DNA from: Methanobacteriota archaeon
Lineage (GTDB): Archaea > Thermoplasmatota > Thermoplasmata > SG8-5 > JAGLSY01
DNA: 64,000 bases
NCBI GenBank assembly: GCA_020697715.1
Contig: JAEHCO010000001.1
Span: 416,001 to 480,000 of the forward strand
Reading direction: 5' to 3'
Shown here: positions 29,550 through 38,378 of the stretch, piece after piece
Layout: every line of letters begins with the position of its first letter
Numbering within the stretch: position 1 is the first letter of the stretch
The notes under the pieces: model-generated
Databases searched by the model: none
What the model was told of the DNA's origin: nothing
The model's input: the letters and a program-made list of their open reading frames with translations, nothing else
Made by a program: the position numbers and the translations under genes

Positions 29550-30395
29550 ATGGCAGAATACCCCATACTTGACAATCACATGCATCTCCAGCAGGATGGA
29601 CTTTGTGAAAAGGCCGCTATGGATTTTGAAAATACTGGAGGAACTCACATCATACTTTCCCACATGCCTTATCACACGATCAATATTACCAAAGGCGATG
29701 ATTTCCAGAAGGAATATGACATCACCCTGAATACTGCCAACAGGGTGAGGGAGACGACCAATGTGAAGGTATTCACCACACTTGGCCCCTATCCCGTGCG
29801 ACTTATAAGATTGGAGGAAAAGCATGGTCTTGAAGCCGCGGTGGACATCATGAAGAAAGGTATGGAACTGGCTGCCAAGGCAGTTGAAGAAAAGCAAGCT
29901 GTCGCTATCGGGGAGGTCGGGCGTCCACATTTTCCAGTCTCTTCTGAAATATGGGAAGCGTCGAATGAGATAATGCTATATGGGATGGAACTGGCCAAGG
30001 ATGTCGATTGCCCCATCGTGCTGCATACGGAAAGTGCGGGTCCCGAGGTCTGGGAGGAGCTGGCCCTGATGGCGGATGAAGCAGGCCTTCGTCGTGAGAT
30101 GGTGATCAAACACTACTCACCACCCATTGTCAAGGAGGAGGAGAACCATGGCCTATTCCCGTCAGTACTGGCAAGTCGCAAATCTATCAAGGAAGCACTG
30201 TCACACAATACCAGGTTCATGATGGAGACCGATTATATCGATGATCTTCGAAGACCGGGAGCTGTGATGGCTCCCACGACAGTGCCAAAGAGAACGAAGG
30301 CGCTGATTTTGAATGGAGACATGGGTGTAGAAGCGGCCATCGCCATTCACCAATACTGGCCAGAGAAATTGTACGGTATTGAAATCGAATTTTAA
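29550..30395 (+). CDS. TatD-family amidohydrolase (archaeal type)
   Basis: DNHMH, IGEVGRPH, LHTE, KHY, METDYIDD.RRPGAV and WPEKLYG. Start at MAEYP. Confidence 0.9.
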   Translation: MAEYPILDNHMHLQQDGLCEKAAMDFENTGGTHIILSHMPYHTINITKGDDFQKEYDITLNTANRVRETTNVKVFTTLGPYPVRLIRLEEKHGLEAAVDIMKKGMELAAKAVEEKQAVAIGEVGRPHFPVSSEIWEASNEIMLYGMELAKDVDCPIVLHTESAGPEVWEELALMADEAGLRREMVIKHYSPPIVKEEENHGLFPSVLASRKSIKEALSHNTRFMMETDYIDDLRRPGAVMAPTTVPKRTKALILNGDMGVEAAIAIHQYWPEKLYGIEIEF

Positions 30396-30428
30396 TAATA
30401 ATAATAATTTTCAAAAGCTTCGCCATCT

Positions 30429-30775
30429 CCCTCTTGAATAAGGGGTATCTGGACGGCGGCAAAACCGTCCAGATTGAGGAGAGGAGTAAATCCTTAATGA
30501 ACTCTCCAAAACAAAGGGTTTGGGGGCGGTTTGAAACCACCCCCAAGGTTGAGGAGAGGGCTGATAGTGATCCCCTTTGGGCAAAGGGGGTCTGGGCGGG
30601 GTCAAAGCCGCCCATATTGAGGAGAGGAGGTAATCCTTAATGAACTCTCCAAACAAAGGGGTCTGGACGGCGTTTAAACCGTCCAGATTTTGAGGAGAGG
30701 GCTGATATTTAACCCCTGGAAAGGGGTATGGGATGGTTTGAAACCGCCCCGATATGAGGAGAGGAGTAATCCTGA
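30429..30775. repeat. Tandem array of five ~64-75-nt double-hairpin units, each ending in TGAGGAGAGG
   Basis: TGAGGAGAGG at 30475, 30550, 30618, 30691 and 30755. Each copy is preceded by AAGGG(G)T and a GC-rich stem whose sequence varies while pairing is kept. Confidence 0.9.
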
Positions 30776-30844
30776 TCTTTGTGATTTGAATAGTAAGGTC
30801 AAATGTGGGTGACCAGGCATCCCGGCCAGCCACCCACAATTGGA

Positions 30845-30877
30845 CCAAAGTTTGACATACTGGATATCAAACTTTGG
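30845..30877 (-). terminator. Inverted repeat downstream of the orphan ORF
   Basis: CCAAAGTTTGACAT-actgg-ATATCAAACTTTGG (one mismatch). Confidence 0.5.
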
Positions 30878-30889
30878 CTCGAAATAGAT

Positions 30890-31171
30890 CTAAGCGTATG
30901 AGTGCTCGACCTCTTCGACATACGTCAGTATGTCATATTCAGCAGTGAGGAAATTGTCCTCAACGCCCATGTGATTGCCAATCATGACATCATCGAAATA
31001 ATGGATCAAACCTACCATTTCAGATATGTTCTCACCGCGATTGTAGAACTCGAATACAATGTCTCTCATGTCCTGGACATTGTGTGTCCTTAACCAGTTC
31101 TCTGTTCCTTCGTCTATGTTCCTTAAGGCGCGTGCCTTGCCTTTTGTTGCGTTTTGTGTATTCATATGCAT
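30890..31171 (-). CDS. Orphan hypothetical protein (~92 aa)
   Basis: ORF with a - strand TATA box (TTTATATA, ~31238-31245), GAAGGG upstream of the ATG and a downstream inverted repeat. No family recognised. Confidence 0.55.
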   Translation of the reverse strand: MHMNTQNATKGKARALRNIDEGTENWLRTHNVQDMRDIVFEFYNRGENISEMVGLIHYFDDVMIGNHMGVEDNFLTAEYDILTYVEEVEHSYA

Positions 31172-31190
31172 CCCTTCTGACGTTTTCCGT

Positions 31191-31355
31191 CTTATTGTCT
31201 GACATTTGTCAGATCCATACCTTAATTGACACAGGGGTATATAAACCTTTTCATTCAGCAATATTTTGATAGCCAGTATCTTATTTCTGCCTATTTTTCA
31301 AGTGTTATTATGATGAAAAGTACTGTCTGACAAGAGCGCGACTTATTGTCTGACA
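31191..31355. promoter_or_regulatory. Three TGTCTGACA palindromes (putative operator) in a divergent promoter region
   Basis: TGTCTGACA at 31196, 31324 and 31347. CTTATTGTCTGACA occurs twice, plus a half-site TGTCAGA at 31207. Confidence 0.6.
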
Positions 31356-31574
31356 CTATGCACAATACGTAGCACCGAAGGATATAAATTCAATTTTCTA
31401 TTACCTAATTGTATAGGGATGCACTTGTGCGATCTCTATTGAAATTTGAATGCGAGAATGAAATGATTGCATTCAGAACTTCAAAAGATTTGAAGCAAAA
31501 TAATGTGCAAAGCAAGTCCACACATTAAAAAAAATCTCGAACAAAGTGAGAGATTCAGAATAGGAGGTTCCCAT

Positions 31575-34500
31575 ATGGGCATCCTGGATTCGATGAATAA
31601 GGAGAAGAGGATATATCGCAAGGCAGCCAAGCTTCTGGAACAGGGGAAAGGGTTTGACAAACAGCATCAGTCAGCCAAAGCACTGGAGCATTACCAGAAG
31701 GCGAAACAATTACTTGATGAGAACAAGGAAGCAATATCAGAATTGAGGAGAGAATACTCCAGCCTCTATGATAATATTGGATTCGCATTGGTAGAGAGCA
31801 ATAGGGTGGAGGACGGTATAAGGTGCATCGAACGCTCTCTGAAGCTCAATCCAGGAAATCTAAAAGCGATCGGGCACAAAGGTATAATATTGTTCCGAAA
31901 GGAGAGCTATGCCAAGGCTCTGGAGCAGTTCGACACGGTCCTGAACATGGACAAGGACAATAAGGCCATATGGAGTCATAGAGGCAATACCCTTGTCAAA
32001 TTGGGAAGGGAACAAGATGCCATCGAGGCTTACAATAAGGTATTGGAATTAGATCCAAATGACCTCACTCATTATGATAAATTATTGGGCATCATGCCGC
32101 GGGATCTGGACCTGATGAGCAGGAAGGGCATAGCCCTCAATGATCTAAGAAGGTTCGATGAAGCTATCGGCGTATTTGACCAAGCCCTTGAGATCGATCC
32201 TAAGCAAGGACTGATTTGGGTGAATCGTGGACTGGCGATGTCCAGTATGGAGAAACACGAAGAGGCTATAAGCTCGTATCAGAGAGCATTGGACATCAAT
32301 GGTGGAGATGGTTTTGCCTGGGAGCAGAAGGGTCATTCTCTCTACAGACTGGAGCAGTTCAAAGAAGCAACAGATTCTTATTCTCAGGCTTTAAAGATAT
32401 TTCCAGACAATGTCAAGGTATGGATATGGAAAGGTATGGCCCTACACAAGAACGATGAGGAAGATGCCGCGGCCGATGCCTATGACATGGCTCTGACACT
32501 GGAGCCAGAGAACCTGGTCGCGCTCATCAATAAGAAACAGGCTCTGAAGGCCAAAGACAGACACGAGGATATCATAGAGACCGCTAATAGGATACTAGCC
32601 CTGAGCCCCAAGGATCTGGACACGATCAAGGACAAGGCCAAGTCACAATTCTCTCTTGGTCATCATGATAAAGCTCTTATGTCTCTGGACCTGGCTCTTG
32701 ACATAAGTCCAAAAGAGATCGGACTCCTTGAAGATAAGAAAGATATTCTAAAACATCTTGAAAAGCATGACATGGTCGTAACCACATGCGACCAGATATT
32801 ACATTTGGATCACCGCAACACGGAGGCGATGTTCGACAAATCTTCAGCCTTGTACGCATTGGAGAACTATGAACTGGCACTAAGACCCATAAATTCATTA
32901 TTGAGCAAGGTGCCAGATCATTTACCTGGATTGAAAAGAAAAAGGGAGATATTATCAAAGTTGTACAAACATAAAGATATCATAAAGGTCAGTGATGATA
33001 TATTGAAACTCGATCCTGATGAAGGGCCAACTTTGATGGCCAAGGCAATCGCTTTCTACAACCTGGAGAATTACGAGGATTCTATCAAGGCATTTGATGA
33101 ATATATCCAAAGGGATGATACAAGTGCAGATGCCTGGCTCTTGAAGGGCCGGTCTTATGCCTTCATCCACGATCACGCAAAGGCCGTCGAGTCTTTTGAC
33201 AAGGCATTGGAGATCACCGGCGGCCAAAAGAACATCCACGAAGCAAAAGGCCGTTCTTTGATACGATTGAAAAGAACGGAAGATGCTATTTCCGAATTCG
33301 ACAAAGGCCTGGCTCTCGATCCCGAAGATGCGGATCTATGGTACAGCAAAGGCCTGGCTCTCGAATCAAAGGAAGCTTATGAAGAGGCGGTCGGATGCTA
33401 TGACAAGGCCATCAGATCACGTCCCACGGATAAGAATATCTGGTACAGCAAAGGCCTGGCTCTCATGTGGCTTGGCCATTACCAGGATGCCATAGGCTCA
33501 TTGGACAAGGCCATTGAGATAAATCCTGTTGAAAGATTTCCATATATCAAGAAGGCCGAGGCCTTACTCAAATTGGACAATGTGGACGAAGCCATCAGAT
33601 CCCTTGACAAGGTGCTGGAAATGAACCACATGGATCTGGATACCCACATAAGGAAGAAAGAGGCCTTGAAGATACTGGGCGATGATGAGAACATTATCGA
33701 TTCATGTAGCAGGATAATCAAATTAGATTCCAAAAACATACTGGCAATGCTGGATAAAGCCCTTGCCGAGTACAGGTTGGGTAAATATGAGCAATCTCTG
33801 AGAAGTTTGGATCGGGCACAAGGCCTGGAACCAGATAATATTGAAATTCTCATAGCGAGAAAGGACACCCTTCTGAAAATGGAGGACTTTGCCACAGTTG
33901 TTTCAGTATCTGAGCATATATTGCAATTAGACCCAACATTGAATGAGATATGGCACGAACTGGGCAATTCCCTCCTCAAAATGGGTCGAGCGATAGACGC
34001 TCTGGAAAAATATGACAGGGCGATAAAGATCGATCCCAATATACCGGATATATGGTCCAGTAAAGGCGATGTGCTATACCATTTGAAGAAATTCCGAGAA
34101 TCATTGGAGGCCTATGACAAGGCATTGGAGATACAACCCTCCAATGGGTCCTTGCTTAATAAGAAAGGCAAAACACTTCTGAAAATGGAGAGATTTGATG
34201 ATTCCATAAGGGCCTTTGATGATGCTCTGATGGCTCAGCCAGGCAGTATCGAGTTCCTGAATAACAGGGCGAAGTCCCTGATCAAGGTGGAAAGGTTTGA
34301 CGAGGCATTGGAATCCCTAACCCATGCTCTTAACTCCGATCCTTCCAGTCAATTGACATTGAGAACAAGAGGCCTCACATATCTTGAAATGAAAAGATAT
34401 GACGATGCCCTTCGTGACATAAACAAGGCCATGGAGATCGGTGGAGAGGATATGCGCACGATAGCGGCGAAGGCCAGCATATACGAGATCATGGAGCAAT

Positions 34501-35882
34501 TGGAAGATGCCAAGTACTGGTATGAGAAGGCTTTGTCCATGGGGGATGATAAGAATGTACTTATCGATCTTGGCCAGTTGCTTACCAAAATGGGCGACCA
34601 TGAAAATGCTGCTCAACTTCTCGATCGAGCTACCAATATGGACCCTGAGGACAAAGAGGCGTGGAACAGTAGGGCATTGGCCTTCGAGAAACTGAAGAAA
34701 TATGATGAGGCTTTGAAATCATATGATAGGGCGATCGGCCTGGATGCGGATGACAAATTCTCATGGAACAGCAAAGGTCTTGTTCTTCTTGAAATGGCTC
34801 GCTTTCCAGAGGCTGTCAGATGCTTCCAGAGAGCGATAGAGATAGACAGGGAATTCGCACCCGCGCTGGATGGCCTGAGAATATCCGAAGAAAAGGCAGC
34901 GTCAATGGAAGTGGAAGGGCATGCGAGATCAGTTCTCAAACTGGAATATGATAGGAACAAAGCGGTATCCAGAGAGGATGCTTTCAAGGATGCCAATATC
35001 CCATACAATTTCATCGACGATGTATTCAAATTCCTATCAGATAGGGATGATATTCCATTATCCTCAATGTCTGAGAACGATAAGGAAGATATGGAAAGAT
35101 CTTCCTTCGACGTCCTAACAATGTGTCTTGGGGGCGATGCCTTCAATCTCAAGTCCAAACTGAGACTATGCGATATCTCGGTCAAGTTCCCACAATGGCC
35201 TCTTTGGAAAGCGAAGAAAGTGCTTTCCTACATAGACGCGGTCGATAGATTGACCTTCAGCCCCAAGACCACGGACCCGGAGATGGACAATCTGATGAGA
35301 CGGGCACTGGATCTTCCCGCAGAGCGACGCACGATCTTGGGTCTTGTCGAATCCCTTAGGATCGGAGTACACAAGGCCAAGGAGCTTCAAGCGGTTCTGG
35401 CCACCCTAAGAAGAGAAGGGTACACGGCGCCGACCATCGAGGTCGGTTCCCTTGTAAGCGACGATCACTTTGGAGGTGGAAAGCCAAAGACCGAGGTAAG
35501 GGAACCAAAATTACCTGTCCCCGCGCCAATATCACAACTCCAGGAAGCACCCGTGAATGTGGCGGATCAACCTACGCCACATGCGACTCCCGCCCAGCCA
35601 GCACAAGCACAGCAACCTGGCCAGGTGGTAAGTGGCATGGGTGGAAAGTTCTGCCAAACACATGGACATATGGCTGTCATGAAGCACGATTGCGGCGCTT
35701 ATCTTTGCCATAATTGTGTTAGTGGTGGATCAAAATGCCCGATATGTCATAGGCCACTTTACGGATCCAAGGAAGAGCCCCAGCAGGAAGCTCCCGCTCC
35801 AGCACCCGCACCTCTGCCAGAACCAACTCTCGAGCCTACGAGGACGGACGACGATGTGGCCAGGGATTTCGGACAGCTGTGA
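31575..35882 (+). CDS. Large TPR-repeat protein with a C-terminal B-box/RING-like zinc finger
   Basis: Many 34-aa W..KG..L..L..Y.EA...YD.AL.I.P repeats over ~1100 aa, a Pro/Gln linker, then CQTH...HDC...CHNC...CPIC. GGAGG precedes MGILD. Confidence 0.9.
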   Translation: MGILDSMNKEKRIYRKAAKLLEQGKGFDKQHQSAKALEHYQKAKQLLDENKEAISELRREYSSLYDNIGFALVESNRVEDGIRCIERSLKLNPGNLKAIGHKGIILFRKESYAKALEQFDTVLNMDKDNKAIWSHRGNTLVKLGREQDAIEAYNKVLELDPNDLTHYDKLLGIMPRDLDLMSRKGIALNDLRRFDEAIGVFDQALEIDPKQGLIWVNRGLAMSSMEKHEEAISSYQRALDINGGDGFAWEQKGHSLYRLEQFKEATDSYSQALKIFPDNVKVWIWKGMALHKNDEEDAAADAYDMALTLEPENLVALINKKQALKAKDRHEDIIETANRILALSPKDLDTIKDKAKSQFSLGHHDKALMSLDLALDISPKEIGLLEDKKDILKHLEKHDMVVTTCDQILHLDHRNTEAMFDKSSALYALENYELALRPINSLLSKVPDHLPGLKRKREILSKLYKHKDIIKVSDDILKLDPDEGPTLMAKAIAFYNLENYEDSIKAFDEYIQRDDTSADAWLLKGRSYAFIHDHAKAVESFDKALEITGGQKNIHEAKGRSLIRLKRTEDAISEFDKGLALDPEDADLWYSKGLALESKEAYEEAVGCYDKAIRSRPTDKNIWYSKGLALMWLGHYQDAIGSLDKAIEINPVERFPYIKKAEALLKLDNVDEAIRSLDKVLEMNHMDLDTHIRKKEALKILGDDENIIDSCSRIIKLDSKNILAMLDKALAEYRLGKYEQSLRSLDRAQGLEPDNIEILIARKDTLLKMEDFATVVSVSEHILQLDPTLNEIWHELGNSLLKMGRAIDALEKYDRAIKIDPNIPDIWSSKGDVLYHLKKFRESLEAYDKALEIQPSNGSLLNKKGKTLLKMERFDDSIRAFDDALMAQPGSIEFLNNRAKSLIKVERFDEALESLTHALNSDPSSQLTLRTRGLTYLEMKRYDDALRDINKAMEIGGEDMRTIAAKASIYEIMEQLEDAKYWYEKALSMGDDKNVLIDLGQLLTKMGDHENAAQLLDRATNMDPEDKEAWNSRALAFEKLKKYDEALKSYDRAIGLDADDKFSWNSKGLVLLEMARFPEAVRCFQRAIEIDREFAPALDGLRISEEKAASMEVEGHARSVLKLEYDRNKAVSREDAFKDANIPYNFIDDVFKFLSDRDDIPLSSMSENDKEDMERSSFDVLTMCLGGDAFNLKSKLRLCDISVKFPQWPLWKAKKVLSYIDAVDRLTFSPKTTDPEMDNLMRRALDLPAERRTILGLVESLRIGVHKAKELQAVLATLRREGYTAPTIEVGSLVSDDHFGGGKPKTEVREPKLPVPAPISQLQEAPVNVADQPTPHATPAQPAQAQQPGQVVSGMGGKFCQTHGHMAVMKHDCGAYLCHNCVSGGSKCPICHRPLYGSKEEPQQEAPAPAPAPLPEPTLEPTRTDDDVARDFGQL

Positions 35883-35952
35883 TACGAGCATATGCGACAT
35901 GATGATCAAATCAGTAGAAACTTATTAAAACAAAAGACCTTATCAATGTCTG

Positions 35953-36867
35953 ATGACAGATCTAGCCAGTCATGTGCGTGAGCTGGTCGCGGAGAAGAAC
36001 GCGATCGTACTTGTCCATAACTACCAGTTACCGGAGGTTCAGGACATAGCTGATTATGTTGGTGATTCCTTCGGTCTGGCTGTTCAAGCCGCGAAGACAG
36101 ACGCGGACGCGATAATTTTTTGCGGTGTGAACTTCATGGCAGAGAGTGCTTTGATACTGAGCCCGGATAAGCTCGTCATTCACCCGGAGCCAGAGTCAAG
36201 ATGCCCGATGGCCGCGATGGCGACTGCCGAATCTCTGCAGTTGATGAAAGCCAAGCATCCCGACGCGGCTGTTGTTTCCTATGTGAACACCACCGCGGAA
36301 GTAAAAGCCGAATCCGACATCTGCTGCACATCTTCGAACGCGGCCAAGGTCGTCCGTTCCCTACCCAATGAGAAGATCATCTTCACCCCGGACATCAACC
36401 TGGGCAGTTATGTCGCCAAACTTGTCCCGGAGAAGGAGATAATTCTATGGCCAGGCTATTGCGACACCCACCAGAATAGGATAAGGGTCGAAGATCTCCA
36501 GGCATTGAAAGAACTGTACCCCGCTTCCGAGATCGTGGTACATCCAGAATGCACACCGGAAGTCATTGACTTCGCAGACCATGCCTTCTCAACATCCGGA
36601 ATGTTGAACTATGCCAGAGATTCAGACACCCAGGAGTTCATCATCGGTACAGAAAGAGAGATGGTGTACCGCCTCAGAAAGGATGTTCCAGATAAGATAT
36701 TCCATGCGATCGATAAAGCAGTCTGCCCCAATATGAAGAAGATCACACTTAAAAAAGTGGCAGCTAGCCTGGAGAATATGGGTCCGAGTGTGCATCTGTC
36801 TGATGAGATGATCCAGAAGGCCCGGATACCACTGGAGAAGATGGTGGCTGTTGGTAGAGGCGAGTGA
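35953..36867 (+). CDS. nadA: Quinolinate synthase
   Basis: HNYQ, FCGVNFMAE, CPMA, YVNT, CCTSSNA, HPEC and CPNMK. Confidence 0.96.
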   Translation: MTDLASHVRELVAEKNAIVLVHNYQLPEVQDIADYVGDSFGLAVQAAKTDADAIIFCGVNFMAESALILSPDKLVIHPEPESRCPMAAMATAESLQLMKAKHPDAAVVSYVNTTAEVKAESDICCTSSNAAKVVRSLPNEKIIFTPDINLGSYVAKLVPEKEIILWPGYCDTHQNRIRVEDLQALKELYPASEIVVHPECTPEVIDFADHAFSTSGMLNYARDSDTQEFIIGTEREMVYRLRKDVPDKIFHAIDKAVCPNMKKITLKKVAASLENMGPSVHLSDEMIQKARIPLEKMVAVGRGE

Positions 36868-36950
36868 TCATCTTAATGGGCTCTCCCAGGGCTGTCCCTG
36901 AAATTCTTTAAATATGTAATACAACATATTGATATATTGAGGAGATCGGA

Positions 36951-37313
36951 GTGGAAGAGATCAAGAAAGCAACTTGGATAGAGAGAGCGAAAGAGACGTG
37001 GCGTGCGACCTGGCCAGTGCAAATTTCCAGCATCATCATCATGATCGTGGCCATAGTGAACTTAGGTATCATGATCTCCAAAGGGAGGGGGTCGGATGAC
37101 GCCATGATCAATGGCCAGATAAACGGGCTCCTTGTCTCTTCAATTTTGATACTCAGTGGATTCAATTATCTCTATTACAAGGACCATTATATGAACATGG
37201 CAAAGAAGCACAAGATACCAGGGTATGAAAAGCCAATAAAATATGCCAAATGGCAGATGGCTGGCGGCACGATATTGTTTATATTATGGATCATCCTATT
37301 TGTGAGTATGTAG
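36951..37313 (+). CDS. Hypothetical 3-TM membrane protein
   Basis: Three hydrophobic segments; GAGGAG upstream of the GTG start. Confidence 0.6.
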   Translation: MEEIKKATWIERAKETWRATWPVQISSIIIMIVAIVNLGIMISKGRGSDDAMINGQINGLLVSSILILSGFNYLYYKDHYMNMAKKHKIPGYEKPIKYAKWQMAGGTILFILWIILFVSM

Positions 37314-38376
37314 AAATCTTTTCCATGATCTCCACTATCTTCTCGCTCGCGTGCCCATCACCATAACTACTTCCTCTATCACCACTTGGCTCGAAGTTGA
37401 TCATCGCGTCCTTTATTTTGACAGGATCAGCCGCGACCAGGATGTTCCAACCATCCTGGACCGTCTCCACCCATTCCGTCCTTTCACGCAGGGTGATGCA
37501 CGGTGTTCCCATGAAATACGCCTCTTTCTGCATGCCGCCCGAGTCGGTCAAAACCTTCCTCGCATTCTTTATCAAGCACAGTGACTCGATATAATTCACA
37601 GGCTTTATCAATTTAACATTGGATGGCATTTCGATGCCGTATTGCTCGATGAAGGCAACTGTTCTGGGATGTGCGGGGAATATTATTTTCATATCTGGGT
37701 CGATGGAATTCACGCTTTCAGAGACCGAATTGAGAATATTCCTTAAATTATTCTCATTGTCTGTATTGGATGGTCTATGCACGGTCATGAAGTAGTAGTT
37801 CTTGGAACCAACACCCACGCGCTCCAGAATATCAGTGGGTAGGTCTCCGAACATCTTGGCCGAGTCCAACATCACGTCGCCCACAAGATGAACTCCTTCT
37901 GTTATTCCCTCTTTTTCAAGATTATCTATCGATGTCTGGGTGGGGCAAAATAGAAGTTTAGAAACATGATCCGTCATCCGGCGGTTCACTTCCTCCGGCA
38001 TTTTCATATCATAGGATCGTAGGCCCGCTTCCACATGCGCAATTGGTAAATGGATTTTGGCAGCTGCCAGTGCTCCGGCGACCGTGGAATTAGTGTCGCC
38101 GTAAACCAGCAACCAATCCGGCCTTTCCTGGATTATAAGATCTTCAATTCTCTCCAACATCTGGGCAGTTTGCCAGCCATGACTTCCAGATCCCACGCCC
38201 AGATTGTAATCCGCTTCCGGGATGCCCATTGTTCTGAAGAACACATCGGACATCTCATCATCATAATGCTGGCCTGTGTGGATGAGGATCTCCTCATGCT
38301 TCTGGCGAATGGCTTTAGATACGGGCGCGGCCTTGACGAATTGAGGTCTAGCTCCGACTATCGTCATTATTTTCAT
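37291..38376 (-). CDS. wecB: UDP-N-acetylglucosamine 2-epimerase (non-hydrolysing)
   Basis: IVGARPQFVK, HTGQHYD, VYGDTNS, HVEAGLRS, PEEVNR and TDSGGMQKEAY. Start at MKIMT. Confidence 0.95.
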   Translation of the reverse strand: MKIMTIVGARPQFVKAAPVSKAIRQKHEEILIHTGQHYDDEMSDVFFRTMGIPEADYNLGVGSGSHGWQTAQMLERIEDLIIQERPDWLLVYGDTNSTVAGALAAAKIHLPIAHVEAGLRSYDMKMPEEVNRRMTDHVSKLLFCPTQTSIDNLEKEGITEGVHLVGDVMLDSAKMFGDLPTDILERVGVGSKNYYFMTVHRPSNTDNENNLRNILNSVSESVNSIDPDMKIIFPAHPRTVAFIEQYGIEMPSNVKLIKPVNYIESLCLIKNARKVLTDSGGMQKEAYFMGTPCITLRERTEWVETVQDGWNILVAADPVKIKDAMINFEPSGDRGSSYGDGHASEKIVEIMEKISTYSQIG

Positions 38377-38378
38377 TC

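Noticed and set aside
30429-30775. CRISPR array
   Set aside because: The invariant part is only 10 nt, the 'spacers' are related to each other and self-complementary, and no cas genes are present.
30429-30775. Hammerhead ribozyme or glycine riboswitch tandem
   Set aside because: CTGATA is not followed by the CUGANGA...GAAA core, and GGAGAG...CTCTC lacks the GAAG/CAGG elements of the glycine aptamer.
30217-30848. ORFs of 132, 145 and 68 aa over the repeat array
   Set aside because: These are Pro/Gly-rich read-throughs of the repeats. Unit lengths are not multiples of three and there is no SD.
33339-33464. Exact 24-nt repeat TGGTACAGCAAAGGCCTGGCTCTC
   Set aside because: The copies are 102 nt apart (one TPR unit) and encode WYSKGLAL in adjacent TPRs, an ordinary intragenic repeat.
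35899-35953. C/D box sRNA (ATGATGA...CTGA) before nadA
   Set aside because: No D'/C' boxes, an AT-rich interior that looks like the nadA promoter, and the D box overlaps the start codon.
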